In this document: positions 53,822 to 63,774 of the stretch, piece by piece
Layout of the letters: the number at the start of each line of letters is the position of its first letter
Position numbering within the stretch: position 1 is the stretch's first letter
The notes under the pieces: generated by a model
What the model saw: only the letters and a program-made list of their open reading frames with translations
Told to the model about the DNA's origin: nothing
The model's database searches: none
Position numbers and translations under genes: made by a program
Assembly (NCBI GenBank): GCA_046046915.1
Contig: JBJOIT010000007.1
Span: 2,214 to 66,213 of the forward strand
Source: Pseudomonadota bacterium
Lineage (GTDB): Bacteria; Pseudomonadota; Gammaproteobacteria; Burkholderiales; Burkholderiaceae_C
Direction: 5' to 3'
DNA length: 64,000 bases

Positions 53822-54943
53822 ATGGACCCCGCAGCCCCCTTGCCTTCGATCAGAATTCTCCATCTGGAAGACTCGGCGCTGGACCACGATCTGGTGCGCC
53901 GCACGCTGCGCCGGTCTGAGCAGGCCTACCAAATTCACCGGGTGGACACCCTGGAGGATTTCGAGCAAGCCTGCTCGCCGGCTGACTGCGATGTCATCCT
54001 AGCCGACTACCGGCTGACCGGCTTCACAGCCATGGACGCGTGGCACAGCCTGCAGGCGCAAACTGGAAGGCAAATACAACCTCCGCCCTTCATTCTGTTG
54101 TCCGGCGCCATCGGTGAAACCGCTGCTGTTGCAGCCATACAGCAGGGCATGAGCGACTACCTGCTCAAGGACGACATCAGTCGTCTGGACCATGTGATTC
54201 AGCGATCGCTGGAAGTGCATCAGGCACGCCTGGCCAAACAACAAGCCGATGCCGATCTGGCAGCATCGCAGCGCCAACTGGCCGCCTTTGCCGAACACCT
54301 GCAGCAGACCATCGAACAAGAGCGCGCTGCGATTGCCCGGGAAGTCCATGACGACATCGGCGGTTCACTGGCCGCCATCAAGTTCGACCTGGCCTGGATT
54401 GGTCGGCACAGTCCCGACACAGCCGTTCAGCAACACGTGACAGCGGCGACAGACATGCTGCAACACGCCATCGGCGCCAGCCAGCGCATCATGATGAACT
54501 TGCGCCCGGCCATCCTCGACCAGGGCCTGGCGGCGGCAGTGCAATGGCTGGCAGGCAACTTTGAGCGCCGCACCGGCATCAAGACTACCTTGCGCACTGA
54601 CCGGCGCGAGTCCGGCGTGAGCAAGGCCGTTCAAATGGCCGCCTACAGAACGGCGCAGGAGGCGCTGACCAACATCAGCAAACACGCCAAGTGCGACAGC
54701 GTGAAGATAGACATTGCTGCCGACGACGCTTTTTTGACCCTGGAGGTGAGCGACAACGGCCCTGGCATCAGCAGCAGCGATAGAAGCAAGCCCAAGTCTT
54801 TTGGCTTGCGGGGCCTGCACGAGCGGGCCAAATCGGTGGGCGGCTGGCTGGACATCAGCTCCATCAGCGGCCAGGGCACCTCCATCATCTTTTCTGCACC
54901 GCTGACGGCACAGGCCGACCCAGCACAAGAGGACACCCCATGA
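53822..54943 (+). CDS. Cytoplasmic hybrid sensor kinase: N-terminal receiver domain + HisKA_3/HATPase (NarX/DesK type)
   Basis: REC residues are intact (LHLEDS, VILADYRL, LLSG, YLLKD). A coiled-coil linker follows, then the H-box IAREVHDDIGGSL and the ATPase N/G boxes (EALTNISKHA, DNGPGI, GLRGLHERA). No TM segment. Confidence 0.85.
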   Translation: MDPAAPLPSIRILHLEDSALDHDLVRRTLRRSEQAYQIHRVDTLEDFEQACSPADCDVILADYRLTGFTAMDAWHSLQAQTGRQIQPPPFILLSGAIGETAAVAAIQQGMSDYLLKDDISRLDHVIQRSLEVHQARLAKQQADADLAASQRQLAAFAEHLQQTIEQERAAIAREVHDDIGGSLAAIKFDLAWIGRHSPDTAVQQHVTAATDMLQHAIGASQRIMMNLRPAILDQGLAAAVQWLAGNFERRTGIKTTLRTDRRESGVSKAVQMAAYRTAQEALTNISKHAKCDSVKIDIAADDAFLTLEVSDNGPGISSSDRSKPKSFGLRGLHERAKSVGGWLDISSISGQGTSIIFSAPLTAQADPAQEDTP

Positions 54944-55569
54944 TTCGCGTCATTCTTTGCGACGACCACGCCATGATTCGCCGTGGCATCCGTGACACCC
55001 TGGCCGAGGCTGTGGATATTCAAGTGGTGGCGGAAACCGGTAGCTACTCGGAGGTGCGCGAAGCGCTGCGTAACACGCCCTGCGACGTGCTGGTGCTCGA
55101 CCTCAACCTGCCCGGACGCGGCGGCATGGAAGTGCTGTCCAGCCTGCGTGAGGGGGACTCGCCAGTCAAAGTTCTGATCGTGTCCATGTTCCCTGAAGAC
55201 CAATATGCCATCCGCTGTCTGAGGGCCGGCGCGCAGGGCTACCTGAACAAAGCGGGCGACCCCGCCAACCTCGTGACGGCCGTTCGCACCCTGGCCCAGG
55301 GTCGCAAGTTCGTGACTCCCGAGGTCGCACAAATGCTGGTGGAAAGCCTCTCTGGCGACGCCAACGAAGCCTTGCATGCGTCCTTGTCCGAGCGTGAACT
55401 GCAAACACTGCTGAAGATTGCGTCCGGCAAAAGACTCTCAGACATCGCCGAAGAACTCATGCTGAGCCCCAAGACGGTGAGCGTCTACCGCTCTCGGGTG
55501 CTGGAAAAGCTCAAACTCAGCAACAACGCCGAGCTCACCGTCTACGCCATCCGCAACGAACTGGTCTAA
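54940..55569 (+). CDS. NarL/FixJ-family response regulator (REC + LuxR-type HTH)
   Basis: IRVILCDDHAMIRRG, VLVLDLNLPGRGG, and the LuxR HTH block LSERELQTLLKIASGKRLSDIAEELMLSPKTVSVYRSRVLEKL. The start overlaps the kinase stop (ATGA). Confidence 0.9.
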   Translation: MIRVILCDDHAMIRRGIRDTLAEAVDIQVVAETGSYSEVREALRNTPCDVLVLDLNLPGRGGMEVLSSLREGDSPVKVLIVSMFPEDQYAIRCLRAGAQGYLNKAGDPANLVTAVRTLAQGRKFVTPEVAQMLVESLSGDANEALHASLSERELQTLLKIASGKRLSDIAEELMLSPKTVSVYRSRVLEKLKLSNNAELTVYAIRNELV

Positions 55570-55587
55570 CTCGTCTAGCGCAAGCGG

Positions 55588-56355
55588 CTACTTGCCCAGA
55601 AAGATATCAATCGAGCGCTCCATCAGGGCCATAAAGGGCTGATCGAGCATGGGCAGTGTCACAGCAATGCCAATCAGGCCCACCGACAAGGTAATGGGAA
55701 AACCCACCGAGTAAATGTTCATTTGTGGCGCTACGCGGGAAACGATGCCCAGCGCCAGGTTCACAAACATCAGCATGCCGACCATGGGCAAGGCCATCCA
55801 CAGGGCGGTGGCGAACAGATCGGCCCCCAAGTGTTGCAGCTTCATGGTTTGCAGGGCCTGCAAAAAGTTCTGATCGACAGGAAACGCCTCAAAGCTCTTG
55901 ATGGTGGTCATCAGCACCATCATGTGCCCATTCAGCACCACGAAGAGCAGCGACGCCATTTGCCCAAAAAAACGGGCGACGGCACTCGACTGCGTATTGA
56001 GTGAGGGGTCGAAGAAGGCGGCAAAGTTCAGACCCATCTGGAAACCCACCACTTCTCCCGCCAGTTCGACGGCCGCAAACACCAGACGCACCGTAAAACC
56101 AATCGCCAGCCCGATGCCCACCTGCTGCACCACCACACCCATGGCCTGCGGACTGTTGATGCTGATGATGGACTGTGCGGGCAAAGCTCCCTGAGCGGCC
56201 AGCGCCACCAGAAAAGCCAGCGCAATGCGCGCGCGCAAGGGAAAGGCTCGTGAAGACAAGACCGGCGCGGCGCTGAACACCGCCAGCACCCGCAGAAAGG
56301 GCCAGAGGACCGGCGACAGCCAGGCAACCAGCTGGGCTTCAGAAAATGTGATCAA
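55588..56355 (-). CDS. fliR: Flagellar biosynthetic protein FliR
   Basis: 255-aa polytopic protein downstream of fliQ, with typical FliR N-terminal sequence and position. Confidence 0.9.
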   Translation of the reverse strand: MITFSEAQLVAWLSPVLWPFLRVLAVFSAAPVLSSRAFPLRARIALAFLVALAAQGALPAQSIISINSPQAMGVVVQQVGIGLAIGFTVRLVFAAVELAGEVVGFQMGLNFAAFFDPSLNTQSSAVARFFGQMASLLFVVLNGHMMVLMTTIKSFEAFPVDQNFLQALQTMKLQHLGADLFATALWMALPMVGMLMFVNLALGIVSRVAPQMNIYSVGFPITLSVGLIGIAVTLPMLDQPFMALMERSIDIFLGK

Positions 56356-56370
56356 ACCAGCGCCCGGACG

Positions 56371-56640
56371 TCAAACCACCACGGACGGAATGGCCTCGAT
56401 CATTCGCCGGATGTATTCCACCAACATGGTGAGCATCCAGGGTCCAGCAATGGCAAACACCGCAATCGCCGAGATCAGCTTGGGCACAAAAGCCAGCGTT
56501 GCTTCATGTATCTGCGTCACCGCCTGGAAAAGGCTGACCACCAGCCCCACCACCAGCACCACAATGAGCACCGGAGCCGACACCATCAGCAACATCAGCA
56601 AGGCCTCCTGGCCCATGGTCAACACCATTTGTGAGTTCAT
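56371..56640 (-). CDS. fliQ: Flagellar biosynthetic protein FliQ
   Basis: 89 aa with two TM segments. Contains the QEATLAFVPK-like block (IHEATLAFVPKL). Confidence 0.92.
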   Translation of the reverse strand: MNSQMVLTMGQEALLMLLMVSAPVLIVVLVVGLVVSLFQAVTQIHEATLAFVPKLISAIAVFAIAGPWMLTMLVEYIRRMIEAIPSVVV

Positions 56641-56653
56641 ATCGGCTCCAGCG

Positions 56654-57481
56654 TCAGGTCACAAAGCTCGCCGCCAGCGAGCCGATCAAGAGATTCCAGC
56701 CATCGGCCAGCACAAACAGCATGAGCTTGAAAGGCAGCGCCACCAGCACAGGTGACAGCATCATCATGCCCAGGGACATCAGCACACTAGACACCACGAT
56801 GTCGATGACCAGAAAAGGGATGAAGATCATGAAGCCAATCTGGAATGCCGACTTCAGCTCACTGATCACAAACGCGGGCACCAGCACCCGGATGGGGGCG
56901 GTCTCGATCTTGACGGCTGGGTCCAACTTGGCCAGCTTGGCAAACAAGGAAAAGTCGGCCTGCCGGGTCTGCTTGACCATGAACTGGCGCAGCGGCGCTT
57001 CAGCCTTGTCCAGGGCCTGCTCAAAAGCCATGCCATTTTGGGTGTAAGGCACATACGCGTCCTGGTAGACCTTATCAAAGGTCGGTCCCATGACAAAAAA
57101 GGTCAAAAACAGCGACAGGCCCACCACCACCTGATTGGGGGGTGCCGATTGGGTGCCCAGCGCCTGGCGCAAGAGCGACAGCACGATCACGATGCGGGTG
57201 AAGCCCGTCATCATCAGCAGCACCGCTGGCAAGAATGACAGGGCCGTAAAAAACAGCAGGGTCTGGATAGGCACCGAAAAGCTGGTGCCCGACGCACCTG
57301 ATCCCACCAGCAGGGGAAGTTGGGAACCGCTTTGCGCCAGTGCAGCATTGCCCAGCATGGCCAGTGCCACCGCCGCAATGAGGCGCGCGACAGGAGCGCA
57401 AGCCCAGGAGAAGGCGGGCTTCGTGCCCTTGCAAGAATGATTTGACACGCGGACCTTATTCCAGCGGGAGGGCCTCAGCAT
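56654..57481 (-). CDS. fliP: Flagellar biosynthetic protein FliP
   Basis: [43 protein letters not shown]. The start is uncertain; the ORF overlaps fliO by 26 nt. Confidence 0.92.
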   Translation of the reverse strand: MLRPSRWNKVRVSNHSCKGTKPAFSWACAPVARLIAAVALAMLGNAALAQSGSQLPLLVGSGASGTSFSVPIQTLLFFTALSFLPAVLLMMTGFTRIVIVLSLLRQALGTQSAPPNQVVVGLSLFLTFFVMGPTFDKVYQDAYVPYTQNGMAFEQALDKAEAPLRQFMVKQTRQADFSLFAKLAKLDPAVKIETAPIRVLVPAFVISELKSAFQIGFMIFIPFLVIDIVVSSVLMSLGMMMLSPVLVALPFKLMLFVLADGWNLLIGSLAASFVT

Positions 57482-57773
57482 CCAGGCGAGCCGGCCCGGT
57501 TGCCATGCCTGCCCCAGGTGCAGGCAAAGTGTGGAGGTGATTGACGTTGTGCGCCGTCACCCCCAGCACCAGCCAGGTCTTGGCACCTTCCGGCCCCACT
57601 TCCACCGTCACCACACGCTGCTGCGGGCCCACGGCCACCGCAGACACCACGCGAGAGGATGCAAGCTGCCCCTGCCCGGCCACCAAATTGCGCCGCTGCA
57701 ACCACTTCAGGGCAAAGGGCAAAGCGCCCAACAGCGCGATGAAGAGCAGCACCACCGCCAAGGTCTGAAACAT
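57456..57773 (-). CDS. fliO: Flagellar protein FliO
   Basis: 105 aa with a single N-terminal TM helix, positioned between fliN and fliP. Confidence 0.8.
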   Translation of the reverse strand: MFQTLAVVLLFIALLGALPFALKWLQRRNLVAGQGQLASSRVVSAVAVGPQQRVVTVEVGPEGAKTWLVLGVTAHNVNHLHTLPAPGAGMATGPARLDAEALPLE

Positions 57774-57779
57774 GCTGAT

Positions 57780-58205
57780 CTACCCCTTGCTCACGCGGCG
57801 CAGTCGCTCGGAGGGCGTGACCACGTCTGTGAGACGAATGCCAAACTTGTCGTTCACCACCACCACCTCGCCTTGCGCGATCAGGTAGCCGTTGACCAGC
57901 ACATCCATGGGTTCGCCAGCCAAAGCATCCAGCTCGACGACCGAGCCCTGCCCCAGCTGCAGGATGTGCTTGATCGGCACCTTGGTGCGACCCAGCTCCA
58001 CCGACAGCTGCACCGGGATGTCGAGCACCATGTTGATGTCATTCATGGGCCCATCGCCAGAACCGCCCGAAAACGGACGTGGCGCCTCGCCCGCCAGGAT
58101 GCCAGCGTGCGCATCGCCCGCGCCGTCACTTGCTTTTTGCTCCATGAGGGCCTCGGCCCAGTCGGCCATGCCGTCGTCTTCTGTGGGTTTGTCTTCAGCT
58201 GCCAT
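57780..58205 (-). CDS. fliN: Flagellar motor switch protein FliN
   Basis: C-terminal SpoA domain: VQLSVELGRTKVPIKHILQLGQGSVVELD...GEPMDVLVNGYLIAQGEVVVV. Confidence 0.93.
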   Translation of the reverse strand: MAAEDKPTEDDGMADWAEALMEQKASDGAGDAHAGILAGEAPRPFSGGSGDGPMNDINMVLDIPVQLSVELGRTKVPIKHILQLGQGSVVELDALAGEPMDVLVNGYLIAQGEVVVVNDKFGIRLTDVVTPSERLRRVSKG

Positions 58206-59199
58206 GTCGTTCCCCCATCCAGTTGAGGTCGTTGCTCCTCAAACTCTTGTCAATGCGGATTGCATATTTGGCGTTGTGCGTGCCGTATTGGCATTCAAAC
58301 ACGGGTACGCCGTCGATCGTGGCCTGAATCCGGGGTGCCCGGTCCAGTTCTATAAAGTCTCCTGGCTTCATGGCCAGCAATTGTTCGATGGTGGCATCAG
58401 CCCTTGCCAGCTCGGCCACCAAGGTCACCTCGGCCGCCTGGATCTCGCGCGTCAGCACGTTCACCCAGCGCTTGTCGACTTCCATCGAGTCGCCTTGCGT
58501 GGACGAGTACAACACATCCCGAATCGGCTCCATGGTTGCGTAGGGCACGCAAAAGTGGATGGCGCCGGCAATGTCGCCAATTTCCAGCTGGAAAGAGGTA
58601 GAAATCACGATCTCGCTGGGCGTGGCAATGTTGGCAAACTGGGGTTGCATCTCTGAGCGCTGGTATTCCAGCTCCAGCGGGTAGATGCCCTTCCAGGCTT
58701 TTTTGTACTCGGTGGTGATCACATCCACCAGCCGGTTGATGACGCGCTGCTCGGTCGCAGAAAAATCCCGGCCCTCAATTCGGGTCTGGAACTTGCCTGT
58801 ACCGCCGTACAGCGTGTCGATGATGCCGAAGACCAGCGCCGGCTCGCACACGATGAGGCCATTGCCGCGCAGAGGCCGTATCGCCACGATGTTGAAATTG
58901 GTCGGCACCGCCAGTTCACGCAAAAAGGCGCTGTAACGCTGCACAGAAACCGAGCCCACCGACACCTCCGGGCTGCGGCGGATGAAGTTAAACAGGCCAA
59001 TGCGCAGGTTGCGGGCAAATCGTTCGTTGACGATTTCCATCGTCGGCATACGGCCCCGAACAATGCGCTCCTGGCTGGAAATGTTGTAGGGCCGAACCTC
59101 GCCCTCTTGCGGCGCTTCTTCGACGCTCTTCTGGCTTTCACCAGTCACGCCCTCCAGGAGGGCATCGACCTCTTCCTGGGAAAGAAACGATTCAGCCAT
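58195..59199 (-). CDS. fliM: Flagellar motor switch protein FliM
   Basis: N-terminal CheY-P binding peptile LSQEEVDALL, followed by the middle and C-terminal FliM domains. 334 aa. Confidence 0.95.
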   Translation of the reverse strand: MAESFLSQEEVDALLEGVTGESQKSVEEAPQEGEVRPYNISSQERIVRGRMPTMEIVNERFARNLRIGLFNFIRRSPEVSVGSVSVQRYSAFLRELAVPTNFNIVAIRPLRGNGLIVCEPALVFGIIDTLYGGTGKFQTRIEGRDFSATEQRVINRLVDVITTEYKKAWKGIYPLELEYQRSEMQPQFANIATPSEIVISTSFQLEIGDIAGAIHFCVPYATMEPIRDVLYSSTQGDSMEVDKRWVNVLTREIQAAEVTLVAELARADATIEQLLAMKPGDFIELDRAPRIQATIDGVPVFECQYGTHNAKYAIRIDKSLRSNDLNWMGERHGS

Positions 59200-59219
59200 G
59201 TTGAAAGCTCCGGCTGGGT

Positions 59220-59786
59220 CTACTGAATGATGAAGCTGGAAAACAGCACGCCGCGCACCGGGTTGGCGGCGTGGGCATTCTTGTCTGTCTTCTTTTTGGT
59301 TTTGGGCTTGGCCTCGCCATGCGCATCAGGCACACCGCCAAAGGGCTTGGACGCCTCACGCAGCACATCGGCCGCGAGTTTCTCTTTGCCCTCGCGCTGC
59401 AGCAATTCTTCGGAGGTACGTTGCGACAACAGAATCAGGATGCTGCTGCGGATAGTGGGCAAATAAACCTTGACCGCATCGACCGAGTGGGCGTCCGCCA
59501 CCTCCAGCGTGATGCCGACCTGAGCGACTTTTTCACCCCCGGGGTCTGCCAGATTCACGATCATGTTGTCCAGCGGCAGGTAGGTCGGTGGACCTTGGGC
59601 CACCACCTCTGCGACGGGCTCATCGCCCTCTTCTTCGGCAGCAGCTGCGCGCTGCTTCATGATGTAGTACCAACCGCCACCAGCGGCCAGCGCCAACACC
59701 AGCACCACGACGCCCAATATGACGAGTAGCTTTTTCTTGCCCTTGGGGGCAGGTGTTGCCGTATCGGCAGCAGGTTTGGAAGACAC
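59220..59786 (-). CDS. fliL: Flagellar basal body-associated protein FliL
   Basis: 188 aa with a single TM helix (LLVILGVVVLVLALAAGGGWYY) and a YLPLDNMIVNLAD-type block. Confidence 0.88.
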   Translation of the reverse strand: MSSKPAADTATPAPKGKKKLLVILGVVVLVLALAAGGGWYYIMKQRAAAAEEEGDEPVAEVVAQGPPTYLPLDNMIVNLADPGGEKVAQVGITLEVADAHSVDAVKVYLPTIRSSILILLSQRTSEELLQREGKEKLAADVLREASKPFGGVPDAHGEAKPKTKKKTDKNAHAANPVRGVLFSSFIIQ

Positions 59787-59905
59787 GTTAATTTCCTTGA
59801 ATACGGATCACTGACCGCATTATTCAATACATCCCCCTGGCCAATATCCCAATCAAGGCCCGAAAACAGGGCCAAACCTGGGCTATCCCACAATGTGATC
59901 CGCAC

Positions 59906-61168
59906 TCACACAAAGAGATCGAGCGCACCGGGGCCTGAGCGTACAGGCGCGGCCAGCGGTTGCAAGGCGCTGCGCTCGGAGGCAGAGGTGGCGGCAGACA
60001 CACGCGCTTGCCGCGCCGCCTGCTGGTCCTTGCGCTGCTGGGCGGTGGTCTGGGCCTGCCCTTGCGCCGAGGTGCCGACCGACACACCGGACAAGACCAA
60101 GCCCTCGCGGGACAGCATATCTTTGAGTTGGGCACTGGCCCCCTCAAGCGCCTCGCGCGCTTCGGGCATGTCGGTACGAAAATCGACCTGCGCCTCTTTG
60201 CCCTGCATCGTGATGTTGACCTCTACGCCATCGGTACCGAAACCGTCCAGCCGGAGCTGGGCGTTCTGCACGTCGCGCGACACCCAGTAGCTCATTTGCT
60301 CGGTCACCGGGGCTTCGGGCGTCAGCAGCCCAGCCTCGTACGCCGGGCTGGCGCTGTAGGTGGAACTGGAACCGGGTCCGGCCTCTGATACCGGACTGTG
60401 CAAGCCCAAAGCGCCCTGCCCGGCCTGAGATGAAGCGCTGGCGGCAAGCTCCGCCTGGCCTGACCGGACATCGCGCGCGCCGCACTCGGCTGCCTCTGCA
60501 GCACTCGCCATTTTTTTGATCATGGCCTCCACGGCAGCCAGACTGGCCGTGTCGGTTGCCTCGCGACGGCCAGACTGTGCGGCATCGGCCAGAGCCTTGG
60601 CACCGTGTCCCGCATCGACCGGCTTGTGCTGCGCCACTGGGGCCTGCAGGGCCCGATCTCCGGTCGCTTGCGGGCCACTTGCCATCCCATCTTTGCCGGG
60701 CTTCAGGTCTTTGGAGAGCAAGGCCCGTGCCGCCGTCTCGGCGTCTACCGCAGGGTTTGCAAGGGCGCCCGTCACAGCACCGCCATGACGTGAGGCGGCG
60801 CCACCCAGGCTCAGGGTGGAGACGGTCTGCCCAGCCGGCGCCTGCTCTGGCAAACCTGCGCCATCGGCCATGCCAGGCACCGACACTGGCACTGGCACTG
60901 GCACTGGCAATGCACCAAGGGTACCTAGCGTCTGGGCCATGGCATCGGTTTGACCAACGGTACTGCCCCCGGTCACCAGTCCCGTATCGACAGAAGATGC
61001 CTCAGCCTGCGGCGCATCCAGCGCAAACAAGGCGGCAGCAAACCCGCCCAAAGCATCGCCCGCAGCGCCAGCCCCCCCAGGCCCAGCGGCACGGCTTTTA
61101 CCGGTGTGAGCCTGGCCGTTGACAGCAGTTTTGTGCACGCCCACAGAGGCAGTTTTTTCGATACTCAT
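59906..61168 (-). CDS. fliK: Flagellar hook-length control protein FliK
   Basis: 420 aa, Ala/Gly/Pro-rich with a disordered N-terminus and a conserved C-terminal Flg_hook domain (LRLDGFGTDGVEVNITMQGKEAQVDF). Positioned between fliJ and fliL. Confidence 0.85.
   Translation of the reverse strand: MSIEKTASVGVHKTAVNGQAHTGKSRAAGPGGAGAAGDALGGFAAALFALDAPQAEASSVDTGLVTGGSTVGQTDAMAQTLGTLGALPVPVPVPVSVPGMADGAGLPEQAPAGQTVSTLSLGGAASRHGGAVTGALANPAVDAETAARALLSKDLKPGKDGMASGPQATGDRALQAPVAQHKPVDAGHGAKALADAAQSGRREATDTASLAAVEAMIKKMASAAEAAECGARDVRSGQAELAASASSQAGQGALGLHSPVSEAGPGSSSTYSASPAYEAGLLTPEAPVTEQMSYWVSRDVQNAQLRLDGFGTDGVEVNITMQGKEAQVDFRTDMPEAREALEGASAQLKDMLSREGLVLSGVSVGTSAQGQAQTTAQQRKDQQAARQARVSAATSASERSALQPLAAPVRSGPGALDLFV
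60884..60909. repeat. Hexanucleotide tandem repeat (CACTGG x4.3) inside fliK
   Basis: Four exact copies of CACTGG (60884-60907) plus a partial copy. On the minus strand it encodes the PVPVPVPV segment of FliK. Confidence 0.9.
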
Positions 61169-61632
61169 GACACATCCTCCTGTTGCCGTAGCGCCAGCTT
61201 GCGCTGCGTTTGCATGGCGGCAAATTCATCCATCTGTTTCTGATCGCGGCGCTGCACCTGGGCGGCCATCTGAGCCTGGCGCTTTTTGATCAGCACATCC
61301 AGTCCGCTCAAGTACACCTCGGCCTGCACCAGCGCCTGGCGCACGGCATCCACACGTTCTTGCATGCGCGCTAGCGTGTGCTGCTGCAGCTCAATGGCCT
61401 GAGACAAACGACCCATGAACTGGTAGTGGTGACGCAGCATCTCGGGCGCCGCCCCTTGCTGGGCAGACGCCTGCCAGCGCGCGTCCGTCTCGTCGGCATA
61501 GCCTTGCAGCTGGGCCATCTGGCTCTCGGCAAAACCTTGCTCGCGCAAAACCTGGGCGACCTGGTTGGCGGCTTCATCGCGCCGGCTTTCTGCCAGCTGG
61601 CGCGCTAAAAACAAACTCTTGAAGGCTGGCAT
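61165..61632 (-). CDS. fliJ: Flagellar export chaperone-like protein FliJ
   Basis: 155-aa helical, Gln/Arg-rich protein between fliI and fliK. Its stop overlaps the fliK start. Confidence 0.82.
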   Translation of the reverse strand: MPAFKSLFLARQLAESRRDEAANQVAQVLREQGFAESQMAQLQGYADETDARWQASAQQGAAPEMLRHHYQFMGRLSQAIELQQHTLARMQERVDAVRQALVQAEVYLSGLDVLIKKRQAQMAAQVQRRDQKQMDEFAAMQTQRKLALRQQEDVS

Positions 61633-61643
61633 GTTGTAGGTCC

Positions 61644-63107
61644 TCAGGCCAGCAACGCGGCGTTCATGCGTTTGATGCTGTCGTCCAGCGGCGCCGCCTC
61701 AAACATGTCTTGTTGCAAAAACGCGGCCATGCCCTCATGCAGGCGTATGGCCTCGTCCAGCATGGGATCTGAGCCCGCGGCATAGGCGCCGATTTGCACC
61801 AGATCACGCCCTTTCGAAAACTTGGCGCCCATAGCCCGAAAACGCCTGGCCAGCTCAAAGTGTTCCCGGGTCACCACGTTGTGCATCACCCGCGAGGCTG
61901 ATTGCTCGATGTCGATGGCCGGGTAATGACCGCTTTCGGCCAGGGCGCGCGACAGCACGATGTGTCCGTCCAGAATGGCACGGGCGGCATCGGCAATGGG
62001 GTCTTGCTGGTCGTCGCCCTCTGACAAAACGGTGTAAAACGCGGTAATCGACCCCACGCCGTGCAGGCCGTTACCACTGCGCTCCACCAGTGCCGGCAGC
62101 TTGGCAAAGCACGAGGGTGGGTAGCCTTTGGTCGCGGGCGGCTCGCCGATGGCCAGGGCGATTTCACGCTGGGCCATGGCGTAGCGGGTCAAAGAGTCCA
62201 TGAGCAGCAACACATGCAGGCCCTGATCCCGGAAGTGCTCTGCAATCGCGGTGGCATAACTGGCCCCTTGCATACGCAACAGCGGCGGCGCATCTGCCGG
62301 GGCGGCCACCACCACCGAGCGGGCACGGCCATCTGCGCCCAGGATGTCTTCAATGAACTCCTTGACCTCGCGGCCCCGTTCTCCAATCAGGCCCACCACA
62401 ATCACGTCGGCCTGGGTGTATCGGGCCATCATGCCCAAGAGCACGCTCTTGCCCACCCCAGAGCCGGCAAAAAGGCCTATGCGCTGGCCGCGCCCAACCG
62501 TCAGCAAGGCATTGATGGCGCGCACGCCGGTGTCCAGGGGCTGGCGCACCGGGTCGCGGTCCATGGCGTTGATCGGCTGACGGGCCAGTGGCAGCGCATG
62601 CACGTCGTCGATAGGGCCTAGTCGGTCCATGGGCTGACCCTGCGCATCCACCACGCGGCCCAGCAAACCATTGCCCAGGGGCAAACGCAGCGAGACGGGG
62701 CCCATCTGGGGCAGCGACGACTCTGTTTGCCCCAAACGCGGCACAGGCACATAAGGCGCCGCCGGCACAACACTTGCGCCGCTGGACAAGCCATGCACAT
62801 CACCTGCGGGCATCAGATACGCCCGATCCCCCGAAAAGCCCACGACCTCGGCCAGAACGGCGGGCTGCGCCGGCATAGCGACCGTGCACTGCGAGCCCAC
62901 CGGCACCCGTATACCTCGCGCCTCCAGCACCAGGCCGGTCAGGCGCGTCAGGGTACCGCTCACCTCAAGGGCCGGCTGAGCGCGCACGCGCATTCGCGCG
63001 CCGTTCACAAAGTCCTGCCAGGTCTCGACACCGCTGACCGCGTCAGGCGTGTCTATGACTTCGGTCTGCTCATCAAGCGCCATCGCCGGTCTCCTGCCAG
63101 GGCACAT
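61644..63107 (-). CDS. fliI: Flagellum-specific ATP synthase FliI
   Basis: Walker [16 protein letters not shown] and Walker [10 protein letters not shown]. The start is uncertain (ATG 63107 or 63083). Confidence 0.95.
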   Translation of the reverse strand: MCPGRRPAMALDEQTEVIDTPDAVSGVETWQDFVNGARMRVRAQPALEVSGTLTRLTGLVLEARGIRVPVGSQCTVAMPAQPAVLAEVVGFSGDRAYLMPAGDVHGLSSGASVVPAAPYVPVPRLGQTESSLPQMGPVSLRLPLGNGLLGRVVDAQGQPMDRLGPIDDVHALPLARQPINAMDRDPVRQPLDTGVRAINALLTVGRGQRIGLFAGSGVGKSVLLGMMARYTQADVIVVGLIGERGREVKEFIEDILGADGRARSVVVAAPADAPPLLRMQGASYATAIAEHFRDQGLHVLLLMDSLTRYAMAQREIALAIGEPPATKGYPPSCFAKLPALVERSGNGLHGVGSITAFYTVLSEGDDQQDPIADAARAILDGHIVLSRALAESGHYPAIDIEQSASRVMHNVVTREHFELARRFRAMGAKFSKGRDLVQIGAYAAGSDPMLDEAIRLHEGMAAFLQQDMFEAAPLDDSIKRMNAALLA

Positions 63108-63774
63108 TCAAACCCAGGCTGGCCACTGCACGCTGCCAGCGCTTGTCCAGGCTGCCGTCGACTACCATGCCGGCTGACTCCACCAGGCAGCCGCCGCGCG
63201 CCAGTGACGCATCCGCCACCAGGGTCACGGCCAGGTTGGGAAACTCAGCGCGTATCGTGTCCTTCAGGTGGGCGAGGTCTTGCGGGTGCAGGCGCACCAC
63301 AGCGGCCTGGGCATCTGCCACCAGCATGCCCAAAGCCTCACGAATCACCGGCATCACCGCTTGCTCAGCCACAGCCAGCTCACGACGTAGAACCTGCTGG
63401 GCAATGTCGCAGGCCAGCTCCAGTACGCCTTGCGCCAGGTTTTGTTCGACCTCACTCAGGCCGGCACGAGCCGATGCCAGCAATTGGCCAAAGGCCTGCG
63501 CGGCGTCTTTGCCTTGCTTGCTGATGTAGTCATCTAGCTGCTGGCGCCCCTGCAAAGTGGCCTTGGCCTGACCTTGGGTGAAACCCAGCGCGTAGCCCTC
63601 GTCGTAACCTTGTTGGCGCAGGGACTCGTCACGGGCATTTGCCTGGGCCTCGGCCTTGCTGCTGGCGTTCTTGGCCGCCAACAGCGCAGCGCCATCCACC
63701 GCACCAAACTCCCACTGCTCTGCGCCAGCGATTTCCTCGCCTGGAATAAATCGGGTGTAGTTACGCGTCATCAC
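63073..63774 (-). CDS. fliH: Flagellar assembly protein FliH
   Basis: 233 aa between fliG and fliI, with a typical Ala/Gln-rich helical N-terminus and a C-terminal FliH domain. Confidence 0.85.
   Translation of the reverse strand: MMTRNYTRFIPGEEIAGAEQWEFGAVDGAALLAAKNASSKAEAQANARDESLRQQGYDEGYALGFTQGQAKATLQGRQQLDDYISKQGKDAAQAFGQLLASARAGLSEVEQNLAQGVLELACDIAQQVLRRELAVAEQAVMPVIREALGMLVADAQAAVVRLHPQDLAHLKDTIRAEFPNLAVTLVADASLARGGCLVESAGMVVDGSLDKRWQRAVASLGLNVPWQETGDGA

Noticed and set aside
59787-59905. Looked for a sigma-28 (TAAA-N15-GCCGATAA) or sigma-54 (GG-N10-GC) promoter in the fliK-fliL spacer.
   Set aside because: No convincing match on the minus strand by eye. A promoter probably exists here, but I cannot place it.
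62727-63524. 265-aa plus-strand ORF antisense to fliI and fliH.
   Set aside because: It is a shadow ORF opposite genes with Walker motifs and conserved flagellar synteny.
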